A stretch of 61,713 bases of DNA. It comes from Candidatus Micrarchaeota archaeon (GTDB taxonomy: Archaea > Micrarchaeota > Micrarchaeia > Burarchaeales > JBFMAP01). The position numbers and the translations under genes were made by a program. The DNA is taken from assembly GCA_964632135.1 (NCBI GenBank), contig CAZWEI010000002.1:1-61713 (forward strand), read 5' to 3'. The notes beneath the pieces were generated by a model. That model saw only the letters and a list, made by a program, of their open reading frames with translations. It searched no databases and had not been told where the DNA came from. Position 1 is the first letter of the stretch. Every line of letters begins with the position of its first letter. Below, piece after piece: positions 42,712-51,692 of the stretch.

Positions 42712-43116
42712 ATGCAAAACATGCGCACCGAATCCGCGCCCGACGTCAAGGAGCGAATCGAAAGGATACTGCGCGCGCTGGAATTCGACCACATCAACCA
42801 ATACAGAATCATATGCATGCGAAGCAGGGGCAGCAAGGCCCGCGCGTATGCGCGCGTGTGGAACCTGCCCTCAATCTGGCAGAAGGCGCTTGACGTGCGC
42901 GCCTATTACATCATCGAGGTTCTCTCCGAGCATTTCGACAAACTCGGCGAGGAGCAGAAGGAGAAGGTGCTCATCCACGAACTTCTCCACATCCCGAAAA
43001 CGTTCAGCGGCGCGCTCGTGCCGCACCTGTGCTTCGGGAAGAGGATAGACAACGCGCGCGTGGAGTCTCTTTACAGAAAATATAAGGAAAACTGCAACGA
43101 AAAAGAACAATTCTAG
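42712..43116 (+). CDS. Putative small zinc metallopeptidase (HExxH)
   Basis: 134 aa with LIHELLHIP (HExxH). A TATA-like ctttataaacc lies ~25-33 nt upstream. Confidence 0.55.
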   Translation: MQNMRTESAPDVKERIERILRALEFDHINQYRIICMRSRGSKARAYARVWNLPSIWQKALDVRAYYIIEVLSEHFDKLGEEQKEKVLIHELLHIPKTFSGALVPHLCFGKRIDNARVESLYRKYKENCNEKEQF

Positions 43117-43892
43117 AAGAAGCGCCTGAAAAGTCTCCTGAACCATCTAACAATGTCCCACGGCGGAGGGCGGGCGCGCATCGGTATGTTGTAGAGTTCG
43201 GACGCAAGCTCCTTCAGGCTTTCGCTCGCAGCCGAATTTGGGCTGCATTGCGCGACAGGCGCCTTCAACGCTATGCTCGCGGGCACGCTCTCGTCCTCTG
43301 GGATCATGCACAGAATCCGCATGTCGCACATCGACTCAATCTCCTTTCTGTGGAGTTCGTATTTCTTGTCGTGCACCCTGTTCACCACGATGCCCGCGAT
43401 TTTCGCGCCGTTCTCCTGGCACATCGTTATCATCTTCACTGCGCTCGTGACGCTCGGCACGTCCGGGGTGGTTATTATGGCGACATCAGTGCAGGCCTTC
43501 ACAATCCCCTCGACGTCGCTCGATAGCCCGGGCGGCGAATCAATCAGAATCACGTCGTACGCGTCAACGCCTTTGAACGCGTCCTTCAAGTTGCGCATAT
43601 TCACGTTGCGGTCGTATTTGAGGGCGGACGGAAGAACCCTGACCCCGCTTCCAGGATGGACGACAACAGCCTCGGAAACACTCGCCTTGTTAAGAAGGAC
43701 ATCCTGCAGTCCGAGCGTGTGGTGCCATATCCCGAGATGGAGCGCCACGCTGGGATTGAAAATATCCCCGTCAACGAGCAGATTCTCTATTTTGTTTTCG
43801 GTATAAAGATACGCCAGGTTTATGGCTACCGTGCTCTTTCCAACCCCGCCCTTCCCTGAAACGATGCCCAGAGTTTTTCTTTCGCCTTTCAT
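43113..43892 (-). CDS. minD: MinD/ParA-family P-loop ATPase
   Basis: Deviant Walker A GIVSGKGGVGKST and ILIDSPPG. It has a 4-nt start/stop overlap with the upstream gene. Confidence 0.85.
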   Translation of the reverse strand: MKGERKTLGIVSGKGGVGKSTVAINLAYLYTENKIENLLVDGDIFNPSVALHLGIWHHTLGLQDVLLNKASVSEAVVVHPGSGVRVLPSALKYDRNVNMRNLKDAFKGVDAYDVILIDSPPGLSSDVEGIVKACTDVAIITTPDVPSVTSAVKMITMCQENGAKIAGIVVNRVHDKKYELHRKEIESMCDMRILCMIPEDESVPASIALKAPVAQCSPNSAASESLKELASELYNIPMRARPPPWDIVRWFRRLFRRFF

Positions 43893-45586
43893 TCGCCCAC
43901 CACGGTCCTCTTTATATTTCTAAGATATTTAAGCCTTTCAACCTCAAAACGCGGACCACCCCTGCGCCTTCTCAGCCGCGCGAGAACACCGAACACTATC
44001 ACGAAAACAACTACGAAAAGGAGCGCGTGCTCCGCCTTTATTCCAGGGAGGGTTAAAAATGGCTGCGGGGCCTCTTCGCGCGCCTTTTCAATAATGAGCG
44101 TGCCGGTGTCCGATACTTGAAACGTGTCCCCAAAAACGACCAATCGCACAAGGCGCGTTCCAGCGCCCTCGGTCTCCGGAACCTTGATCCTGAATTTCAC
44201 GTTGATCTTTCCTCGCGGTATGAGGTCCGTGCTTATTGTTGCAGGGTCAACCTCAAACCCGCTTGGCACTTCCAGCACGATGTTCGCATTCAACCTGTCG
44301 GTGCCAAGATAAGTGATTGAGGCTTTCACATCCCCCTCGTTCCCGGCAACCATCTTCTGCGTGGTCAGGTCGCTTATCTGCACCAAATCCGCGAGGTTTA
44401 CCCTCTCGGAGACCGCGATCTGGCGCACGTGCCAGCCCGCGTATTCAGCGTAATCGTTCAGCACGCCAGAAACAGAATACGAGATGTGGACCTCCTCGCC
44501 GGGCGCCACATCGCTGAAATCCCAGCTCACAACGCGCGCGCCGTCAACTTCCGTCATCACGCCCCTTTTATCCTTGAACGAAACTTCCGCGTTTCTGCCG
44601 AAGTCGTCAAGTATGGTCTCTTTTACAGTGAGCACCTTTATCCTGTTCTGGGACGGGTTTTTGACGTCGAGCGAGACAAGCGTCTCGCCAGTCGTTTCGT
44701 CAATACTAACGGACTTGAGGACCACTGGCTTCGCGTGCCCCTCCTCGTAACTCTTCACCCTGAGCACCATGTAGTCGCTTGCGCCGTAGCACTCCGAGCA
44801 ACCCGCGCCTATCTTAATTATGTAATTCCCGGCAAGGGCCTCTTTCGGCGGAGAGATGATTAGGTTCACCACGCGCGTTTCCTCTGGAAGAATTACCGTG
44901 TGGTTTGGCTCGGCGGAAATCCACTGCGAGGGGACGCCGCCAAGGCCGAGGTCAACGGTCAGGTTTTCGTTCCAGGTGTTCTTCAGGTATATGCTCCCAA
45001 TCCCGCCCTCGCCTGCGAGGAATTCCTTCAAAACAGTGGATTTGAGGAATTTTATCTTGCCAAGCAGGGGCACGACCGGAATTATAGACGGCGGCAGTAC
45101 CTCGGGCGTGGGCAGCCCGCCGCTGACAACGCCGCTCGGGCCACCGGAGGGGCCAGGCGGCATCGGTATCACTATCATAAAACTCGCGTTCATGGTGTTC
45201 GTGGTTTTTCCGTCGTAAGTCGCGTTTGCGCGCGCGGTGTACACCCCGGCCGAAAGCGAGTCGCTGTCCCACGTTTTCTCAAGCGTCACAGTCTGGCTTG
45301 GCGCGATGTTAATCTCGTCATACGCTATCGTGTTAACAAGCGTGTCTGTCACGTCAAATATCCCCACCTGCGCGGTCACGCTGGTGGAAGCGGTTCCTAT
45401 GTTCTGCATTGTCACAGAAACGTCTGCGGTGCCGCCCTGGTTTATAGAACTCGGAGAAACGCTGACGCTCGTCATCTCCACGTCTATACCCTCAACTATA
45501 AACGAGACGGCCACTTCGCTGGTTTGGCAAGCGCATATTCCTACGAATAGAAGAAACACAAACAAACATTGTGCTCGCCAACGCAT
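43889..45586 (-). CDS. Large surface protein with a CARDB-like and repeated beta-sandwich domains and a C-terminal TM anchor
   Basis: 565 aa with a signal peptide. SVSPSSINQGGTADVSVTMQNIGTASTS...TVTLEKTW is CARDB-like. The C-terminal TM is LLFVVVFVIVFGVLA followed by RLRRRRG. Confidence 0.7.
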   Translation of the reverse strand: MRWRAQCLFVFLLFVGICACQTSEVAVSFIVEGIDVEMTSVSVSPSSINQGGTADVSVTMQNIGTASTSVTAQVGIFDVTDTLVNTIAYDEINIAPSQTVTLEKTWDSDSLSAGVYTARANATYDGKTTNTMNASFMIVIPMPPGPSGGPSGVVSGGLPTPEVLPPSIIPVVPLLGKIKFLKSTVLKEFLAGEGGIGSIYLKNTWNENLTVDLGLGGVPSQWISAEPNHTVILPEETRVVNLIISPPKEALAGNYIIKIGAGCSECYGASDYMVLRVKSYEEGHAKPVVLKSVSIDETTGETLVSLDVKNPSQNRIKVLTVKETILDDFGRNAEVSFKDKRGVMTEVDGARVVSWDFSDVAPGEEVHISYSVSGVLNDYAEYAGWHVRQIAVSERVNLADLVQISDLTTQKMVAGNEGDVKASITYLGTDRLNANIVLEVPSGFEVDPATISTDLIPRGKINVKFRIKVPETEGAGTRLVRLVVFGDTFQVSDTGTLIIEKAREEAPQPFLTLPGIKAEHALLFVVVFVIVFGVLARLRRRRGGPRFEVERLKYLRNIKRTVVGE

Positions 45587-45623
45587 TCCATCACATCACT
45601 CGCCGACCGCAAACGTCCTTTCG

Positions 45624-46487
45624 TCATCCAGCAGGCACGGTAACGAAAACCCTGAACATCGGTCTGCCGACGCCAAAAGATGTCCCCGAGCCGATGTAAT
45701 ACGCCAGATGCTCTTTTATCCATGCGTTCTCAACGTCTGCGGGGGGTTTTCCGACATCCAGCGCCACCGTATAGGTGCCTGGCGGGGTTCCTGGTTTTAC
45801 CTTGATTTTCATATAAAGTTTTTTGGTCCAGTTCTTGCTGAATATCGGGAACGTCGGCTCCATCAGCGTATATTTTGGAGTTATTGTAACCTCAAAATAC
45901 TTCTCAGCTTCGCTTGAGTTCTGCAGATTCAAGACGGTCGCGTTCGCCTCTTCGCTTGCGTACGAGGCAGCGGGATAATCGGCGCCGAATGCAAGCCCCT
46001 GGTACGTCTCAATGCCCCAGGAGGTATGGAAGAAGGTGCAAATCGTAAGAGTATCTCCGGGCAGGATTGTGGCGTACACATCCGAGGGAAAAGCGCCGTA
46101 ACCCACAACGCCCCATCTGCCTGTTGGCGGGTTCTTGAACCAGTTCAATCCCACGCCGATGCTGCCCTTTTCAGTAGGATGCTGCTCAAAATTCGGATAG
46201 AACTCAGGCTGCATCCAATACTCTTCGCCCATACCGCACAGGTCCGTAATCAAGCCCCTGTCCATGGCCGCTTTCATGGACCCAAAATCATCAGTATACT
46301 GCGGTATATTTTTGAATATCTCCATGGAAATCCCGTATCTGCTCCTGTCTATTGTGCCGAATTTTACTCCTGCTGAAACTGGCGGCACTGTTTCATTCGG
46401 AGTTACTACGGATTGCGTTGGGGGAGTAGTGGTTCCTACATTTCTCTGCGCACATCCGGCAAATAAGAAAAGAAAAACAGTAAACAA
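45624..46487 (-). CDS. Putative lipoprotein (hypothetical)
   Basis: The N-terminus has the lipobox-like LFAGC followed by a T/P-rich linker. The start is TTG and is uncertain. Confidence 0.55.
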   Translation of the reverse strand: MFTVFLFLFAGCAQRNVGTTTPPTQSVVTPNETVPPVSAGVKFGTIDRSRYGISMEIFKNIPQYTDDFGSMKAAMDRGLITDLCGMGEEYWMQPEFYPNFEQHPTEKGSIGVGLNWFKNPPTGRWGVVGYGAFPSDVYATILPGDTLTICTFFHTSWGIETYQGLAFGADYPAASYASEEANATVLNLQNSSEAEKYFEVTITPKYTLMEPTFPIFSKNWTKKLYMKIKVKPGTPPGTYTVALDVGKPPADVENAWIKEHLAYYIGSGTSFGVGRPMFRVFVTVPAG

Positions 46488-46530
46488 TACCGCGAACTGG
46501 TTTGTCGTATCCGTGTTAATCCCCTCCCCC

Positions 46531-47058
46531 CTACGAAGACGAAGCGTTTACAGTCAGCGTGCGATCCGTTGTTCCTGCGCTCGCGCTCACAAATTGTGCC
46601 CAGCACCAAGCGGTCTGGTTTAGCCCCACAGTTGTTCCGGTCGCGTTTATTCTGACGTTCGTCGTGGTTATGTTGCAGCATATTGCAGCAGTCCCACTTG
46701 TCGTTGAAGTCCCGGCCTGACAGTCGCATACTGACTGCCACGAGCTGTACAGCGGGCCGCACTTCATCGTTGCTCCAGTAACTGTGGCGTCAAGTTTCAT
46801 GTTGTAATACTCGGCCGTGTTCCCGGTGTTCGTGAAATTCATTATGGGCATCGTGTCTGTCTGGTTGCTCGCGTTGACCTCGCAGGTCGGTCCTGTGGCC
46901 GAGAAGAGTATGAACACAGTTGTGGCTGGATAACTGATTGTGAAAGAAAGGTCTCCGGGAATGAAGAATCTGACCGTCGTTGTCTGGTCGCCTGCGCCGT
47001 ATGCAAGCATCGCCGCGGCAAGCAAAACCCCTAATGTAACACCAAATTTCCAGTTCAT
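46531..47058 (-). CDS. Secreted Thr/Cys-rich protein with many NxS/T sequons (hypothetical)
   Basis: 175 aa with signal peptide MNWKFGVTLGVLLAAAMLAYG, at least 7 sequons and 8 Cys. It has its own TATA-like aaatttataaacc and a GGGGTGGTTTT-ATG start context. Confidence 0.6.
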   Translation of the reverse strand: MNWKFGVTLGVLLAAAMLAYGAGDQTTTVRFFIPGDLSFTISYPATTVFILFSATGPTCEVNASNQTDTMPIMNFTNTGNTAEYYNMKLDATVTGATMKCGPLYSSWQSVCDCQAGTSTTSGTAAICCNITTTNVRINATGTTVGLNQTAWCWAQFVSASAGTTDRTLTVNASSS

Positions 47059-47121
47059 AAAACCACCCCGGTCGCGATTGATAATTCTAACACTTCAATT
47101 TTAAATTCCTGGTTTATAAAT

Positions 47122-47883
47122 TTATCCCTCGTAGACCTGCTCGCTCGGATAGACGACTATGCCGTTCGGCCTGAACCGCATCGGGCATATCTTCTGCTCG
47201 AACGCGGTCCCGCGCAACTTTATCACCTCAAGCGCGCGTATCCTAGAGTTTCCTTTCCTTATGTTGTACAAATAAACCAGCCCATCCACAAGCGCCTCTA
47301 TCCCGAATCTGGTTCTGAGGCTGTCAGGCGTGCTTATCTCCGGCGCGCTCTCGGAAAGCAGAAGAGTCGTGCAGCTCCATTTCCTCAGTTTGCTTATTAT
47401 CCGCAGCAGCTCCTGCCGCCTCCTTCTCTCGGTGTCATAAAGAAGCGCGAGCGAGGTCATCGAATCCACGACCATTCGCTTCACCCCTTTTTCCTCCATC
47501 TCGTCGCGGATGAATGCCTCCTCGGTCGTGAACCTCTCGACCTCCTGCGGGGGGTATTCGAGAAACATCAGCTTTCCGTCCTTCTCAAGCGTTTTCAAAT
47601 CCCATCCGTATCCTTTCATGTACTCAAAAACCGCGTCCTTCTGCTCCTCGAAAGTCACGTAAAGGCCAGGCTCGTCGTACTGGCTCGCGCCCATATACAA
47701 AAACTGCAATCCGAACGTGGTCTTCCCGCAGCCGGAATCGCCAGTGACGGTGATTATGCTGCCCTTCCTGAACCCGCCCTGCACCAGCCCGTCCAGGCCG
47801 GATATTCCGGTCTTTATCCTGGTTGCGATATCAACGGGCGCGTCGGACCTTTCAATCATACTATCGATTTTTTGTGCGACCAT
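47122..47883 (-). CDS. Single-domain KaiC/RecA-superfamily ATPase
   Basis: ATG 47883. GISGLDGLVQGGFRKGSIITVTGDSGCGKTTFGLQFLY contains the Walker A motif, and VVDSMTSL is the Walker B. Confidence 0.85.
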   Translation of the reverse strand: MVAQKIDSMIERSDAPVDIATRIKTGISGLDGLVQGGFRKGSIITVTGDSGCGKTTFGLQFLYMGASQYDEPGLYVTFEEQKDAVFEYMKGYGWDLKTLEKDGKLMFLEYPPQEVERFTTEEAFIRDEMEEKGVKRMVVDSMTSLALLYDTERRRRQELLRIISKLRKWSCTTLLLSESAPEISTPDSLRTRFGIEALVDGLVYLYNIRKGNSRIRALEVIKLRGTAFEQKICPMRFRPNGIVVYPSEQVYEG

Positions 47884-47927
47884 TTCAACTCCCGACAACA
47901 ATTAAACGCGCGCGCATATAAACGTTA

Positions 47928-48440
47928 TCACGCGCTCCTTTCCATTTCCTCCAGCATGCGCGTTATTCTGTCCTTGCTCCGCTTGTCAACCCTTATCGCG
48001 ACGATTCCCTCGCGCGGCTGCCCGTACAGCACTAGCGCTCCAACAGGCGCCTGGATTACCGCGAGGAGGGTGGCGAGATCCTCCTCGCCCTCAACGAACA
48101 CGCTTCCCCTTCCCTGCTCCACCACTTTCTTAACCGCGTCTTCAAGCTCGTCGGTTATGCTCCCCGCTGGATTTTTAACGCTCAACCTGAAGTTCGCGCG
48201 TGCAAACTCCTCAATCCCGTTTTTCGTCTCCTCGTCTACCGGCTCGCGCATGCAGCGCAAATCGTATACCACGACATCAAGGTGCGCTTTTGCGTTTATC
48301 AGCGTGCGCGCGCACTCGTCGCCCACAGCGATGACCATCTTCTTGCTCGCGTTCGCTGCGGCGATTGCCTCGTCCTCGTTCATAAGAGCGCCCAGCGGCT
48401 TCTTGAACTCCATCCGCAGATGCTCGGTTAGTTTTTTCAT
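47928..48440 (-). CDS. GTP-dependent dephospho-CoA kinase (DUF359 family)
   Basis: VIAVGDECARTL...LDVVVYDLRCMREP...NPAGSIT...VFVEGEEDLATL matches the DUF359/archaeal DPCK pattern. Confidence 0.75.
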   Translation of the reverse strand: MKKLTEHLRMEFKKPLGALMNEDEAIAAANASKKMVIAVGDECARTLINAKAHLDVVVYDLRCMREPVDEETKNGIEEFARANFRLSVKNPAGSITDELEDAVKKVVEQGRGSVFVEGEEDLATLLAVIQAPVGALVLYGQPREGIVAIRVDKRSKDRITRMLEEMERSA

Positions 48441-49109
48441 CTAAATCACTCGCGCCCCATCCTCGCTTCCAACGATTACTTTCCAAACCTTCCCAGTGAA
48501 AATACCACTCTCGACAACACCAGGCATGCGCTTTATTTTCCTCTCAAGCGCGCGCGGGTTTTTTATTGTTTGAAAGCGCGCGTCGATTATGTTGTTTCCA
48601 TTGTCCGTAACAAAAACGCCGTCGTCCGCCTTTTTCCTAACAGAAACTTCCGCGCCCATCCTCGCGAGTTTCCTCTCAACGAACGCGCGCGCAAAAGGAA
48701 TCGCCTCAACCGGAACGATGCCGTTCAACTCCTCGACCATCTTACCCTCGTCAGCCACCACAACAAACTTTCTCGCGGCGTAATCCACGACCTTCTCGCG
48801 TGTGAGCGCGCCGCCCATCCCCTTCAGCAAGTTTTTGTTTTTATCGACCTGGTCAGCGCCGTCAACCGCGAGGTCGATTTTCCCGACGTTTTCCAATCCA
48901 ACAACGCCCAGTCCCAACTCCTCCGCGAGTTTGTGCGATGCAATTGATGTGGCGACGCACGTGATTTCCAGATTCTCGTTTTTGTTTTTTTCAGCAAGCG
49001 CGCGTATGAAATGCGCCGCAGTGCTTCCAGTACCCAGCCCGATAACCATTTTCCTTCTCACGAACTTCAGCGCCTCTAGGGCTGCGTTCATCTTCGCATT
49101 CTCGCTCAT
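48441..49109 (-). CDS. rpiA: Ribose-5-phosphate isomerase A
   Basis: IGLGTGSTAAHFI, DLAVDGADQVD, KGMGGALTREK and VVADEGK. Start set at ATG 49109. Confidence 0.9.
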   Translation of the reverse strand: MSENAKMNAALEALKFVRRKMVIGLGTGSTAAHFIRALAEKNKNENLEITCVATSIASHKLAEELGLGVVGLENVGKIDLAVDGADQVDKNKNLLKGMGGALTREKVVDYAARKFVVVADEGKMVEELNGIVPVEAIPFARAFVERKLARMGAEVSVRKKADDGVFVTDNGNNIIDARFQTIKNPRALERKIKRMPGVVESGIFTGKVWKVIVGSEDGARVI

Positions 49110-49142
49110 AACATCACTGCAACTAACCGCAAACAACTAAAA

Positions 49143-49718
49143 CTAAGCGCCGACAAATTTAAAAATTGCAATGCACGCGAGCGGCACGACAAAATTGTCG
49201 TCAAAATCAATCCTGAAACTTTCGATGAGCGCGCACAGCCCTGCCGCGAGCACGCCGACCGCGCCAACGAAGAAATACGCCGGCAGCCCGCCCACGAAAA
49301 ACGCGGCCGCGCCCTCGACCGTCTTCTCGCCGTTGTACGGAAGCCTCATCCTTCCAAACTGTCCGACGAGGGTGGAAAGCCCGTCCCCGAGCGCGAGTAT
49401 CACGAGGGACGCGTACATGAAATTATAGTCACGCAGGAACGAAAGTATGGCGAGCACTCCGAGAACATACCAGAATGCTCCGTGCGCAGGAAGGCTGTCA
49501 GGCCGTTCGAGGAGCGCGAGCGCCTCGTCAATGAACGGCAGGCGTTTTTCCTTCAGTTTCAAATCAAGCAAAATTACCCCGATCAAAAACAATCCCACGA
49601 GAAGCATCTCGAGCCTCTCGATGCCCGCGCTCCCGTACGCCGACAGGAACACGTGCAGAAGAAGCATCACGCCGAGCCCGAACGCCATGTGCACGAGTTG
49701 CCTTCTAAATTCAAACAT
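49143..49718 (-). CDS. CTP-dependent polyprenol (dolichol) kinase-like / cytidylyltransferase-family membrane protein
   Basis: Polytopic, with LALGDGLSTLVGQFGRMRLPYNGEKTVEGAAAFFV (the GD...G...KT.EG signature of the family). Start set at ATG 49718. Confidence 0.65.
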   Translation of the reverse strand: MFEFRRQLVHMAFGLGVMLLLHVFLSAYGSAGIERLEMLLVGLFLIGVILLDLKLKEKRLPFIDEALALLERPDSLPAHGAFWYVLGVLAILSFLRDYNFMYASLVILALGDGLSTLVGQFGRMRLPYNGEKTVEGAAAFFVGGLPAYFFVGAVGVLAAGLCALIESFRIDFDDNFVVPLACIAIFKFVGA

Positions 49719-49731
49719 TACAAAACCTCTT

Positions 49732-50217
49732 CTAGATGCCTCTCTTCCAACCGCGGTTGTAGAACACCTTGTCAACGAAATAATAGCACGTCATTCCAAT
49801 CACGATGCCGCCCGCAATCTGCGTGATGGTGTGCACTCCAAGGTAAAGCCGGCTGAGCGAGACGAGCGCGCCCAATATGAAATAAAACGCGAAGAGAGGG
49901 GTGCCCGTGCTCGCTGCTATGAAAAAGAACGATATGGCGGTGTGCCCGCTCGGGAAGCCGTAATCGCCAGGGCACTCAGCGCCGAACCTTACCACCCCGC
50001 AATCCCGCGCCTCCTGGTAGTACATTTTTATTGCGTACGTGGCTGCGAGCAAAATGACAAACGAAACGAGTATGCACCTCGCCCTGCACCGCGCGCCCCA
50101 CAAAACAACGAGCAGGAACAGCGCGACGACCGTGTACCAGATTAACGTGTTATTGAAAAGAAGAGCTAGCCACGTTAACGCCGGCACATCAAGGCCTAGA
50201 AGCGCGTGTGTTGGCAT
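49732..50217 (-). CDS. PAP2-family phosphatase (polyprenyl-diphosphate phosphatase-like)
   Basis: KxxxxxxRP-like region, PSGHTA, and SRLYLGVHTITQ (SRxxxxxH). It is a membrane protein. Confidence 0.8.
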   Translation of the reverse strand: MPTHALLGLDVPALTWLALLFNNTLIWYTVVALFLLVVLWGARCRARCILVSFVILLAATYAIKMYYQEARDCGVVRFGAECPGDYGFPSGHTAISFFFIAASTGTPLFAFYFILGALVSLSRLYLGVHTITQIAGGIVIGMTCYYFVDKVFYNRGWKRGI

Positions 50218-50232
50218 GGCATCCTTCGCTCC

Positions 50233-51654
50233 TCAACAACAGTAAAGGTTTTTTGGAATCTTCCCTTCCTCGATTTCGCCGAACGGGTTTCCGTACTTCC
50301 GCACGTTTTCCATCATCTCCTTGTTCGTCTCTAGTTCGAACCCGCCCTTCACCATGCGCGCGCGGAGTTTTTTAATGAGCGCTGGAATGTCGATTTCCGC
50401 AGGGCAGTCCTCCTTGCAGCCCGAGCACGCGAGGCACAGGTACGCGCGCAAGTTGTTTTTATCGCGCGGGCTTGCTATCACGTGCGAGATGAGCCCCTTC
50501 CCACCGGCGCGCTCGAACCCGAAGAACTCCGCGAGCTGGTGGTACGAGGGGCAGGCGTTATCACAAGCACCGCAGTTTATGCAGTACATCAGTTCGCCCA
50601 ACCCCTCTCTTATCATCTCGCTCCTTCCATTGTCAAGCAGAACTAGGTAAACCTCCTTCGCGCCCTGCGCGCCGAGCACTGCTTTGTTCTGGATGTCCGC
50701 GGTCTTGCTCGGTCCGTTTATTATGCTTATGTACACCGGAGCCTCGCGCCCGGTTCCCCAGATCGCGTCGCACTTTGCGACGAGAAGCGCGTCCTCGAGC
50801 GTGGGAACGAGCTTCTCAAATCCCGCGACCACGATGTGCTTGTCAGGATAGCGCGAAACGAGCGAGATGTTTCCCTCGTTCTCGAGCACAACAATATTTC
50901 CGTCGCTCGTGAGCGCGTTCGCACCCGTTATCCCTATCTTGCTTTTCGTTATCTTCTCGCGCAAATACCCGCGCGCAAATCCAACAATCTCTTCCGCAAT
51001 TTTGCCTTCGGCAAAATGCGGCGCATTTTCGCTCCGCGAAAATTGCGCCGGTTTCGCGCTCACCTTCGCGCCGAATTTCTCCCTGAGCGCGCTCGCCATC
51101 TCCTCTGGGGTAAGATGCATCGCCGGAATTACCGGGTGTATCCCCTCAACACCGCAGACCTGCGTCAGGAAGTCGCCGAGGTCGGTTTCAACAATTTCAA
51201 CCCCGCACTCCTCCAAAAACTTGTTAAGTTCGATTTCCTTGCACGCGTTCGATTTTGATTTCACGGCAAGTTTTTCTTTCCCGATGATTCCCAGAATTAT
51301 GTCGCGCGCATCCTCCGCATCCTTCGCCTCGAGCACGCGCACGCCGTTCCTTTTGAAGTTTTCAATCGCGGTTTTTTTCAACCTCTCGATATTCTCGATT
51401 GCGCCTTTCTTTATCGCGCGCAGTTTCTCGCGCAGCGCGTCCTCCAATTTGCGCTTTGCGCAAATGGACCATTTGTCCTGCGGGACAAATTGGTCGTCAA
51501 TTTTCGCGAGTATTGCGTCCCTGTTCTCGTTGGTTTCCCTGATGACCTTTAGCATCGCCTCCCGGAATTTCTTCTTCTCCGCGAGCTGCCTCTCCACTTC
51601 TTTTACTATTTCATCCATCGCATCGCCATCCAGCCCACGAACCCATATACTCAA
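50233..51654 (-). CDS. LutB-like iron-sulfur protein (LUD domain plus 2x[4Fe-4S]) carrying two intragenic palindromic elements
   Basis: KSKSNACKEIELNKFLEECGVEIVETDLGDF, IGITGANALTSDGNIVVLENEGN, CINCGACDNACP and CLACSGCKEDCP. Confidence 0.8.
   Translation of the reverse strand: MSIWVRGLDGDAMDEIVKEVERQLAEKKKFREAMLKVIRETNENRDAILAKIDDQFVPQDKWSICAKRKLEDALREKLRAIKKGAIENIERLKKTAIENFKRNGVRVLEAKDAEDARDIILGIIGKEKLAVKSKSNACKEIELNKFLEECGVEIVETDLGDFLTQVCGVEGIHPVIPAMHLTPEEMASALREKFGAKVSAKPAQFSRSENAPHFAEGKIAEEIVGFARGYLREKITKSKIGITGANALTSDGNIVVLENEGNISLVSRYPDKHIVVAGFEKLVPTLEDALLVAKCDAIWGTGREAPVYISIINGPSKTADIQNKAVLGAQGAKEVYLVLLDNGRSEMIREGLGELMYCINCGACDNACPSYHQLAEFFGFERAGGKGLISHVIASPRDKNNLRAYLCLACSGCKEDCPAEIDIPALIKKLRARMVKGGFELETNKEMMENVRKYGNPFGEIEEGKIPKNLYCC
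50996..51049. repeat. Double-hairpin palindromic element, copy e (intragenic, 54 nt = 18 codons)
   Basis: GCAATTTTGCC-ttc-GGCAAAATGC and GGCGCATTTTCGC-tcc-GCGAAAATTGCGCC. On the minus strand it is translated as ..AQFSRSENAPHFAEGKIA.. Confidence 0.75.
51444..51493. repeat. Double-hairpin palindromic element, copy f (intragenic)
   Basis: CCAATTTGCGC-tt-tGCGCAAATGG a CCATTTGTCC-tgcg-GGACAAATTGG. On the minus strand it is translated as ..DQFVPQDKWSICAKRKL.. Confidence 0.75.
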
Positions 51655-51692
51655 CTCATATATTTATATCCAACATATATTAGGTTGGTACC

